Of a stretch of DNA of 39,564 nucleotides, positions 24,506-32,612 are shown piece after piece (position 1 is the first letter of the stretch; each line of letters starts with the position of its first letter). Source of the stretch: an uncultured Heliomicrobium sp. (GTDB taxonomy: Bacteria; Acidobacteriota; Blastocatellia; RBC074); contig CAZRXE010001330.1 in the NCBI GenBank assembly GCA_964603695.1, forward strand, positions 1 to 39,564, given 5' to 3'. A model generated the notes under the pieces. That model worked only from the letters and a program-made list of their open reading frames with translations. It searched no databases and was not told the origin of the DNA. The position numbers and the translations under genes are program-made.

Positions 24506-25456
24506 CTATTGATGAATCAATTGAGTCTTCATCACCAGTAGATTCAGCGTAGCCGAAACATTCATTTGAACAATCGTCGGTTCCGGTTCTTGAGGTTTGA
24601 GTTTGAAGCCTTTGGCAATCGCTACGTCCTCAGTTGCGGCCTGTAATTGTCCAAGCGTTTTGCTCTGACTGACGATCTTGGGCTGATTGGCCTGGGCGAT
24701 GACCGGATCGTATTGCGGCTGAGTCGGTTTCCAGGCGCAATCGTCTCCGAAAGCCAAACAGTATTTGACCAGACTGTCGCCGGTCGGAACGCCGACGAGC
24801 GGTGTCTTTGAAACGACAATCAGAAAGTTCTCTACCGCCGGTTTTTCGTCGAACACGAACCAGGGCGTTCTGGAATGGCGCGAGGGAACTTCGCAGGGCA
24901 CGTGCGCTGTGATTTTGTTGTCGCCTTCGTGCAATCGCGGATCGGGAAAAATCATCATCGGTTCGGTCTCGTTCTCGCGGTAAAAGATATACAGATAGCC
25001 GTCAATATTCGGTTCGATGACGAAGCGCACCAGGTCGTCTTTGCGAAAGGTCTTGGCGGGATTGACGCGAACGGCTTCGCCGCGTTCGTTGCGCTGATAA
25101 AGCGTGAAGCCCAGACCGATACGCACAGGCGCAGGCGCAGTTTCAGGCGCGGGCGAATTGCTTGTTTCAACAACGGGCGGACGACGCACTGGTTTGCTGT
25201 TGCGATTGCCGGCTGGCACGGGCGGCTTGGATGGTTGGCTTTGCGCCGTTTGTTTGCCCGCGCTTGAAGCGGCGGGTTTCTTGTCGCGGTTTTTGATGAA
25301 TGCTCCGCGCGCTTCTTCATCCGAAGACATAGGTGAAGACAGAGGCGTTTCCTGGCTCGGCGTTGATTGGCCGGCGCGCGCGACAATCGAAACTGTCAGC
25401 GTCAAACAGGCCAGCGCGAGCAAGTGTGATGGTCGAATCAAGGCTCTGAAATTCAT
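24506..25456 (-). CDS. Secreted DUF4384-domain protein
   Basis: The signal peptide is MNFRALIRPSHLLALACLTLTVSIVARA, followed by a Pro/Ser-rich linker. The DUF4384-like core is DDLVRFVIEPNIDGYLYIFYRENETEPMMIFPDPR. GGAGGG precedes the ATG, and the gene starts 12 nt after the kinase stop. Confidence 0.7.
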   Translation of the reverse strand: MNFRALIRPSHLLALACLTLTVSIVARAGQSTPSQETPLSSPMSSDEEARGAFIKNRDKKPAASSAGKQTAQSQPSKPPVPAGNRNSKPVRRPPVVETSNSPAPETAPAPVRIGLGFTLYQRNERGEAVRVNPAKTFRKDDLVRFVIEPNIDGYLYIFYRENETEPMMIFPDPRLHEGDNKITAHVPCEVPSRHSRTPWFVFDEKPAVENFLIVVSKTPLVGVPTGDSLVKYCLAFGDDCAWKPTQPQYDPVIAQANQPKIVSQSKTLGQLQAATEDVAIAKGFKLKPQEPEPTIVQMNVSATLNLLVMKTQLIHQ

Positions 25457-25468
25457 AAGTTCCCTCCG

Positions 25469-27295
25469 TTATTGCTGCTTGATCGGCAGATCGAAGATCA
25501 ATGGTTTGTCGGCGACGGTTGTTTCGCCGGCGATGTTGACGCGAGTCAGGCGCTGCACGGCATCGGGCTGAATGTGCGGTGCGGGCAGGTTTTGTTGCCG
25601 ACGCCAGTCATTGAATTGATGCTGCTCGGTCGCCGTCAATTCATGCAGTGCCGGAGTAGCCAAAAATTCCGGGCTGAGCAGTGGCCTGGGAGAAAGAATG
25701 ACTGTAAACGCCATCATCTTTTCATTGCTGGTAAGCCCCAGACATTTGCCCTCGCCGGACGGAAAACTGTAATCGCTTCCCGCCTCAACGAAATTGGTGT
25801 TGACGCCTGTTTCAGCGTCCGGCTGCGCGGTCAGAAAAGTCATCGGAATGTTTTTTTCGTTCTGCGCCAGAATGTAAAGGTAGCCGCTCTGCCGAGGCAG
25901 GAAATGAAATTTGAAAGATTGCGCGGCGCTGAGGGATTCGTCTCCAATCGCGCGCGCGAGTGTTTGGCAGTCGTCCGAACTGATTTCCAGATAATACGAC
26001 ATCGGCTCCGCGCCGTTGCCGGACGCCGGCGTCTCGTTCGGAACCGCTTGGGCAGCGCCTGTCTGGTTGCTCAGCCTGGCCCGAAGCCTTCCCAGATAAA
26101 GCGCCGAAAAACCGGCCAGCACGGCCAGAATCAACATCCCGGCAATCAAATATGTTTTCGTGCGTTGATTGGTGAGCGCTGCGGGCGGCGCTTGCGCTTC
26201 AAATGTTCGCGCCAGTACGGCTCGCCGAGGCGCTGCGGCGGTTGGTTCCAGAGGCTTGTTGTCTGTTGCCGCATTTTGATTGGGATTCGTATCCGAAACA
26301 GTTGCGCCTTCCGAAGAAGTCGTCATCGAATCCAAACTGCTCCCTTGCCCAGCGCCATTCAGCGACTGCACGAAAAGATGGAAGGCTTCGAGCGCGCTTG
26401 GCGGGCGGTGTTGTGGTTCCTGATCGAGCATTTTGAACAGCAGTTGCTCTATGGCCTCCGGCGTTTCGGGACGGCGTTGGCGAATGGCGGGCGGCGGCGT
26501 GGTTCGTTGCAGTCGTATCAACTCCGGCAAGTTCTGGGCTGTGAACGGCAGGCGACCGCAGAGCATTTGATAGAGCAACACGCCGAGCGAATAAATGTCC
26601 GAACGGCTGTCGAGCGAACTGCCCACGCAGAATTGTTCAGGGCTGGCGTAATGAGGCGTGCCCAGCAGCAACGAAGCCGAAGACGCGCCCGGCGTATTGG
26701 ATTCGGCAACGACTTTGGCGATGCCGAAATCAACCACTTTGACCCGCTCGCGTCCGTCAGGCCCGCGAACGAGCATGATGTTCGCCGGTTTGAGATCGCG
26801 ATGAATGATGCGCCGCGCGTGCGCGTGATCGAGCGCCGCCGCCACCTGCTCGAAGATTTCCGTAATCCGCTCGAAGCTGAGTTGGCGATTCTTTTCGATT
26901 TCCTTTTCCAGCGTGTGGCCTTCCAGCCACTCCATCACTATGTACGCAAGATTGTCCGGCGTGCGGCCTGCATCCTTGATGTCCACTATGTTTTCGTGAC
27001 TGAGTTGCCCGGCGATTTCCGCTTCACGCTGGAACAGTTCCAGCAAACGTTCATTGCCGAGCGCCAGATTGGGTTGCAGGATTTTGACGGCGACGTGGCG
27101 ATTGATCGTCAAATGATAGGCGCTATAAACCGCGCCCATTCCGCCCAATCCAATCAACGCATCCACACGATATTTTTCCAGCAACGTTCGCCCGACCAAA
27201 TGATACGGGTCTGGAAAAGAAAGCAGCCGTCCTTCAGTCGGGCAAAAACGCTCGCTGTCCGGGTATGGAGCTTTGCAGGCGGGACAGTATTTCAT
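25469..27295 (-). CDS. Hanks-type Ser/Thr protein kinase with N-terminal zinc ribbon, one TM segment and a C-terminal DUF4384-like domain
   Basis: The zinc ribbon is MKYCPACKAPYPDSERFCPTEG. Kinase motifs are VAVKIL, HRDLKPANIML, DFGIAK and GTPHYASPEQ. The TM segment is YLIAGMLILAVLAGFSALYLG. The C-terminal part has FHFLPRQSGYLYILAQNEKNIPMTFL. Confidence 0.9.
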   Translation of the reverse strand: MKYCPACKAPYPDSERFCPTEGRLLSFPDPYHLVGRTLLEKYRVDALIGLGGMGAVYSAYHLTINRHVAVKILQPNLALGNERLLELFQREAEIAGQLSHENIVDIKDAGRTPDNLAYIVMEWLEGHTLEKEIEKNRQLSFERITEIFEQVAAALDHAHARRIIHRDLKPANIMLVRGPDGRERVKVVDFGIAKVVAESNTPGASSASLLLGTPHYASPEQFCVGSSLDSRSDIYSLGVLLYQMLCGRLPFTAQNLPELIRLQRTTPPPAIRQRRPETPEAIEQLLFKMLDQEPQHRPPSALEAFHLFVQSLNGAGQGSSLDSMTTSSEGATVSDTNPNQNAATDNKPLEPTAAAPRRAVLARTFEAQAPPAALTNQRTKTYLIAGMLILAVLAGFSALYLGRLRARLSNQTGAAQAVPNETPASGNGAEPMSYYLEISSDDCQTLARAIGDESLSAAQSFKFHFLPRQSGYLYILAQNEKNIPMTFLTAQPDAETGVNTNFVEAGSDYSFPSGEGKCLGLTSNEKMMAFTVILSPRPLLSPEFLATPALHELTATEQHQFNDWRRQQNLPAPHIQPDAVQRLTRVNIAGETTVADKPLIFDLPIKQQ

Positions 27296-27334
27296 TGGAA
27301 TAGTCGGTTAATCGCGAAGTGACGCGAGGCGGTT

Positions 27335-27429
27335 CATTTTCCATTTTCCATTTTCCATTTGGCATTTGAGATTTGCGGACGACGAATTCCTCAATGACAA
27401 CTGACAAATCTCAAATGACAAATGGAAAA
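27335..27429. promoter_or_regulatory. Heptamer tandem repeat plus 25-bp inverted repeat between the caspase and kinase genes
   Basis: CATTTTC occurs 3 times perfectly (27335-27355), with a degenerate fourth copy. The inverted repeat is TTTTCCATTTGGCATTTGAGATTTG (27351-27375) against 27405-27429, with 1 mismatch and a 29-nt loop. It begins 10 nt after the upstream gene's stop. Confidence 0.5.
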
Positions 27430-27438
27430 TAAAACTTT

Positions 27439-30400
27439 TCACCGCACAGCAATCACCAGTTGCCGGCTTTCGGCCTCTCGACGATAAAAAACGCGCGGGC
27501 GCTGGATTTCCCGTGTGAGTTTGACGCCTGTTGCCAGCTTGATTCCACGATTTTGAGTGTTTTTGTTTTCCTGCATGTTTTGCAATCGAGGAGCCTGCTC
27601 GGTGGCGTAATCCAGCCATTCCCTGAGCAGCACTTGTCCGTCGTGCGGTTTGTGATCTGCGCCCAGTGCCTTGATGCCGTCAACTATCAATGCCTGCGTC
27701 AAATAGCCGTGCCCGAGTCGAGAGTTTTCCCAGGCGACTTGATAACTTTGCGACGCTGTCAGGATGTTCATGCCTTTTTCGTAAGCCAGTTGAGCCAGCC
27801 CTTTGGAATTCATCGGCCCGCGACGTTTTTCCTCCGCTTCCAGCACCTGCCCCGAATAACACGCATCAATCACGAAAACCAGTTGGCCGGCGTCCACCTT
27901 TTCAAAATGCTGTTCCAAATCCAGATCGGAGATGCTGTTGGCGAGCATTTGCCGCCAGCCTGTTTGATCCAGTTCATCGCGGCGGCCTTGATAGCCCAGG
28001 TCGTGCGGAACCAGATAAAAACGCGGCGCTTCGGCCAGCCCGTGACCGGAAAAGTAAACAAGCACGGCGTCTTCGGGTTGAGCCGGCTGCAAGCGTTCCA
28101 TCTCCACAAGTGCCGGTTCTTTTGACGCTTCATTTCTCGCTAGCCGTTTCAACGCGCCCAGCAGATTGGCTTTGGTCGCCTGCTTATCGAGCAAGTTGAC
28201 GACCTCTATTTTGGCAAAGCGTTTGAGCCGCGATTGCTGCTGCTGAAGCTCTTCGCTGAAGACGATGGCGTCGGCCACTGCAAATTTCAGGTTGAATTCC
28301 GGGTTGGCGTATTGATTGACACCGACGGAGAGAATATAGAGCGTTCCGGGGCGCGCCAACTGTTCGCTGCCAGTCAGGATTAAGGTTTCATCCGCGCTTT
28401 TGACGTTGTCGCGATTGAAGGCATAAGCCGTCAGCCGATTTTCTCCGGCGACGAGCGACACTGTGTGTTGGAGTTTGACCGCGCCCGCGCGGCCTTGTAG
28501 CAAGTCTCCGCGCCAGACTTTGACCAGCGAGCCGTTGCGAAACAGCCGCACGTCGTAAACGCCGCTGCCCATCGCGTAATCGCCATCGGCTGAGGCTTCA
28601 GCGATTTCCAGATTGATCTTTGCCAGACGATTCGCCGCTTCCTGAACCGCCAGTTTGACGGCGGGCTGACGGCGGTCGCGCAAGGCAATGTTTTCAACGG
28701 CGCGCGGGCGGCTTGGCGTCATCACTTCGGCCAGCAGGTTGGGATGGAAAAACTCGTTGAAGAAAATTTCAACCGGCGCGGTGCTGAAAGTGTTGTGGCC
28801 GAATCGCCATAGAATCTGATTGAACGCCGCCGGCGAGCCGTCAAACAAACCGTCCGGCGCGACCACCAGCCAATCGGAATTGTTCGACAGGGAAACCAGC
28901 GTTGCCGCCGGTTCGCCGGTTGCGACCTCCCAAAATCTGACGCTGCCGTCTTCGCTGCCGGAGATCAGCCATTTGCCTTCGCCTGCGAAACAAAGCGCGC
29001 TTACGTCGCCTGCGTGACCTGAAAGCGCGCCCGCCGGCGTGAATTCGGCGCGAGACTTTTCCCAAAGCTTGATTTCACCCGTCGCGTCGCCTGCGGCCAG
29101 ACGTTGACCGTCAGGGCTGATGGCCAGACTATCAATGCGTCCGCGCATTCCAGCCAGCGATTGCAGTTCGCGCCCGGTTGCCGCGTCCCAGACTTTGACC
29201 AGCCGATCCGCTCCGCCCGAAACGACTGTGCGCCCGTCCGCGCTCATCGCCACGGCAAAGACGTTGCCGGTGTGCCCTGTCAGCGTTTGTGCAGGTTGGC
29301 TTGATCCGGCAGCCCACAGCCTGACAGTTTGATCCGCGCCGGCTGATGCGAATTGTTTTCCGTCCGCGCCGGCGCTGAGCGCGCGGACTTCTTTTGTATG
29401 GCCTGCCATCGCCAAAGCTTCTTTCCCAGTTTCCACTTCCCACACTCTGACCACGGAATCCACGCCGGAAGAGATCAATTGTTTTCCGCTGGAAGAGAAG
29501 AGCAGGGAATTGACGCCTTCAGGATGCGCCGTCCAGCGGCGTTGTTCGCGGACGGCGGCAATGTCCCAGAGCAGAATCATTCCGCCTTTGCTGCCGGCGG
29601 CGAGTTGCAGACTGTCTGGGCTGAACGCAACGGTGGTGATGCTGCCTGTATTGCCCGGCAGATTGGCGACCACGCGCCCGGACGCCAAATCCCAAAGTGT
29701 GACGGTCATGTCCTGATTGCCTGTCGCCAGCCAGCGACCGTCAAGACTGAGCGTGAGGCTGTAAATCGGATTGTTGTGATTTTCCAGCAGTCGCCTGCCG
29801 CCGCCATCCGTCCGCCGCAAATTGATAGTCGGCAAACCAATGCCTGCGGCAAGGCTGTCACCGTTTGGACTAAACACAGCGATTTCGTATTTTTCGATTT
29901 CGGAAGAGTTGTCGGGCAATGTCGAAAGTTCTAGGAGCGTGGCGGCGTTGAAAATTCTGATGCTTCGATCCTCCGCGCAGGTCAGCAGCTTCGCGCCGTC
30001 GCGGCTGAAGCCCACGGCCAGGACGCCGCTTAAATGTACAAGCGGTTTTTTGACGCGCTGCATTTTTGGCCAGGTCCAAAGCTGAACTTTCGCATCGTGA
30101 CCGGCGACGGCCAGCGTTTTGCCGTCCGGGCTGAACTTCAGGCTTTTGACTTCGCCAGTGTGTTCAAGCGGCTGCCGCGTCGAAGAAGCGTTTAGAAGCG
30201 ACCAAAGTCTGACTGTCTTATCCCGCGCGCCTGAAGCCAGCCAGTTGCCGTCGGGACTGAACGCCAGCGCCGTCACCAGTCCGAAATGGCCTGTGTAAGT
30301 TCGCGCTTCGCGCTGCGAGGCGACATCCCAAAGTTTGACGCTGAAATCCGCGCCCGCCGAAGCTAGCGAACGCCCGTCTGGAGAAAAGGCCAGCGCCGTG

Positions 30401-30876
30401 ACTGATTGCGCCGTGACCGATTGCATGTGCCCAGCCAACGACGCCGATTCGCGCCCCGAAGCCAATTCCCAAAATTTGATCCTGCCGTCGTTTCCGCCCG
30501 AAGCCAGCAGCCGCGCGTCAGGGCTGAAGGCGACTGCTTTGACCGCTCCGGTGTGCCCTGCCAACGTGCGCAATTCCCGCCCGGTGGCGGCTTCCCAAAT
30601 TTTGATCGTGTGATCCACGCTGCCGGTGGCGACATAACGGCCATCGGGGCTGAAAGCGATTCCTTCGGCCTTTTGGCTGTGCCCGGTTTGCAGAATCAAT
30701 TCGGGCTTTTCGGAAACAGCTTGTTGAGAAATCGCCGGCGCTTGCCGCGCAGCGTAACCGGCGAACAAAAACAGTGCGCTGAGGAAAAGGAGGCTTCGCG
30801 GCTTTTTTCCCAGCGGGCAGGATTCCCGCGCTCCCTGACTTTCTGGATAAAGTTTCGATCTCATGTAACTGCTCAT
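27439..30876 (-). CDS. N-terminal signal/anchor + 14 WD40 repeats + C-terminal caspase-like (peptidase C14) domain protein
   Basis: There are fourteen units of the GH-x-x-V-x-x-(V/L)AFSPDG...D.T(V/I)(K/R)LW type. The caspase dyad contexts are LVYFSGHGLA (His) and VFVIDACYSGQ (Cys). The hydrophobic N-terminus is PRSLLFLSALFLFAGYAA. The start is ambiguous: TTG 30927, ATG 30876 or ATG 30864. Confidence 0.9.
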   Translation of the reverse strand: MSSYMRSKLYPESQGARESCPLGKKPRSLLFLSALFLFAGYAARQAPAISQQAVSEKPELILQTGHSQKAEGIAFSPDGRYVATGSVDHTIKIWEAATGRELRTLAGHTGAVKAVAFSPDARLLASGGNDGRIKFWELASGRESASLAGHMQSVTAQSVTALAFSPDGRSLASAGADFSVKLWDVASQREARTYTGHFGLVTALAFSPDGNWLASGARDKTVRLWSLLNASSTRQPLEHTGEVKSLKFSPDGKTLAVAGHDAKVQLWTWPKMQRVKKPLVHLSGVLAVGFSRDGAKLLTCAEDRSIRIFNAATLLELSTLPDNSSEIEKYEIAVFSPNGDSLAAGIGLPTINLRRTDGGGRRLLENHNNPIYSLTLSLDGRWLATGNQDMTVTLWDLASGRVVANLPGNTGSITTVAFSPDSLQLAAGSKGGMILLWDIAAVREQRRWTAHPEGVNSLLFSSSGKQLISSGVDSVVRVWEVETGKEALAMAGHTKEVRALSAGADGKQFASAGADQTVRLWAAGSSQPAQTLTGHTGNVFAVAMSADGRTVVSGGADRLVKVWDAATGRELQSLAGMRGRIDSLAISPDGQRLAAGDATGEIKLWEKSRAEFTPAGALSGHAGDVSALCFAGEGKWLISGSEDGSVRFWEVATGEPAATLVSLSNNSDWLVVAPDGLFDGSPAAFNQILWRFGHNTFSTAPVEIFFNEFFHPNLLAEVMTPSRPRAVENIALRDRRQPAVKLAVQEAANRLAKINLEIAEASADGDYAMGSGVYDVRLFRNGSLVKVWRGDLLQGRAGAVKLQHTVSLVAGENRLTAYAFNRDNVKSADETLILTGSEQLARPGTLYILSVGVNQYANPEFNLKFAVADAIVFSEELQQQQSRLKRFAKIEVVNLLDKQATKANLLGALKRLARNEASKEPALVEMERLQPAQPEDAVLVYFSGHGLAEAPRFYLVPHDLGYQGRRDELDQTGWRQMLANSISDLDLEQHFEKVDAGQLVFVIDACYSGQVLEAEEKRRGPMNSKGLAQLAYEKGMNILTASQSYQVAWENSRLGHGYLTQALIVDGIKALGADHKPHDGQVLLREWLDYATEQAPRLQNMQENKNTQNRGIKLATGVKLTREIQRPRVFYRREAESRQLVIAVR

Positions 30877-30923
30877 GCCTCTTCGGCTCGTGGAGCCGGT
30901 TGAGTTTAGATACTGCTTGAACG

Positions 30924-31669
30924 TCAACCAGCAAAAGTAAGATTTGGGTCAAACGAGCGATTATTTTTCAAGACACCAAAAGCTTGATGCAGCAATTTTC
31001 GCATAGCGGCGCAGACGATTGGCATCTTGGTCTTCCCGTTTTTCTTCAATCGCTCCGCGAATTCTTTGATAATTGGGTTATGGCGCGTAGCGACGACTGC
31101 GGGAAAATAGAGGGATTTGCGAATTCTACCGTTCCCCAGTTTGGACAAATTCGTGTGCTTCAAGCAGGTGCCGGATTCCTGCTTGCGCGGAGTGACGCCG
31201 GCAGTGGCGGCGAATTGGCGAGCATCATCGTAGCGGGCGAAATCCACCTCGCTGAGCAAAAATTGGGCGGTCTTTTCTCCAATGCCTGGTATGGAGAGTA
31301 ACAAATCATGTTGCTCTTTAAGTTTCGGATGTTGATCCGGATGTTGATCCGGATGTTGATTGATTTCTTGTCGCATTTTGTCAATTTCTTCTGTCAAAGC
31401 CAGCGTCTCCGAGAGAGTTTCAATTCCGCACGTCAAAGCCTGCAATTGCCTGATTTCAGGGGCTGGCGGAGTCCAGGGCGATGGGTTTTCCTTCTCACAA
31501 AATTCCGCGATCAACCGTGCATCGGCTTTGTCCGTTTTGTTGCGTTGTAAATTGGAAGCGGCATATCCCTTGATGCGCAACGGATTGACCAGCGAAACAG
31601 TCTGCCCTTGCTCGTGTAAAAAAGAGCGACCGCATCGCCGTAAGTTCCATTTACATATTTTTCAAACAT
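30924..31669 (-). pseudogene. IS110-family transposase relic (N-terminally degraded, frameshifted)
   Basis: ORF 30924..31580 has KTDKADARLIAEF and LLSIPGIGEKTAQFLLSEV (Transposase_20-type). Upstream, NGTYGDAVALF...HEQGQTVSLVNPLRIKGYA is recovered only by a frame change at the A6 run 31618-31623. More remnant with in-frame stops may extend to about 31790. The first roughly 60 or more aa of the DEDD domain are missing. Confidence 0.75.
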
Positions 31670-31870
31670 CAAGCGACCGAAACGGTCTCTTTTGCGTAAG
31701 TCCTAATCAATAAACTCCTGAAGAGAGATTGTTCCGTAGGTCAAACTTGTCAATCCAGACTCGAGGTCATCAGATACTGTCCGACTTGTCAGGAACTGGA
31801 AAAGGGGAAGAGGTCTTAATCTAAATCACAGACTCGTGGTCTGAGGCAGGCCCGGACTAATCTTTCCCCA

Positions 31871-31896
31871 CGATTAACAAGGGCCCTTGTTAATCG
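31871..31896. repeat. Perfect 26-bp palindrome
   Basis: CGATTAACAAGGG|CCCTTGTTAATCG lies just beyond the degraded 5' end of the IS110 relic. Confidence 0.6.
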
Positions 31897-32225
31897 TTTG
31901 ACGCCTGACTTTCAAGATACAAGGTCGTTTACAGTCTGCAATGCGATTGGCAATTCATTGCGTCAAGTAGTGATGCTTGAATTCTGTGTGAAAGCAAAAG
32001 ACTCAGCCGTCGCTACGCGACGCGAACGTTTTTTGTCACCTCGCAGGCCGTGAACATCCTGCCTAAGTTCAAACGCCGCTACGCGGCTGAGCAGCTACAC
32101 CGAATCAATCTCGGATCAAAAAATAGGTAGTTCCGCCTATGCAAAATAGGTGTTTCCCGTAATTCACAGCCACGCTCTTCCGCCGGACAATTCCCGCGTC
32201 GGACAACTTCAATGGCAGGTCACAA

Positions 32226-32612
32226 ATGATGCTGATGATCGTGGATGACAATTCGCGGATGCGGCGATTGCTGCGCTGCATCTTCGCTTCCGTGGCCGCT
32301 GAGGTTTGCGAATGCGCAAACGGCGGCGAGGCGGTGGAGATGTATCGCGCGCGGCGACCCGATTGGGTGCTGCTGGATTTTGAAATGGACGGTCTGGATC
32401 TGACCCGCCGCTTGCTGACCGAATTCCCCGCCGCGCGCGTGGCGATCCTGGCCGTTTACGATGACGACCGGTTACGCGCCGCCGCATATGACGCAGGCGC
32501 GAGCAGCTTTGCCTCGAAAGAAGACTTGAGTGAACTGCCCGCCCTGCTGTGTTGCGGGACCGAATCACCCCTCAAAACATATTTCATTACTCAAAAGGAG
32601 TTCCCCCAATGA
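32226..32612 (+). CDS. Stand-alone response-regulator receiver domain (CheY-like)
   Basis: 128 aa with MMLMIVDDNSRMRR (acidic pocket), WVLLDFEMDGLDL (phospho-acceptor Asp context) and ASSFASKEDL (conserved Lys). There is no output domain. Its stop overlaps the next start (ATGA at 32609-32612). Confidence 0.8.
   Translation: MMLMIVDDNSRMRRLLRCIFASVAAEVCECANGGEAVEMYRARRPDWVLLDFEMDGLDLTRRLLTEFPAARVAILAVYDDDRLRAAAYDAGASSFASKEDLSELPALLCCGTESPLKTYFITQKEFPQ

Noticed and set aside
25472-27322. 616-aa plus-strand ORF spanning the whole kinase gene
   Set aside because: The minus-strand frame carries every Hanks kinase signature (VAVK, HRDLKPAN, DFG, SPE). The plus-strand product is Arg-rich with no motifs. 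It is a long antisense ORF of the kind common in GC-rich genes.
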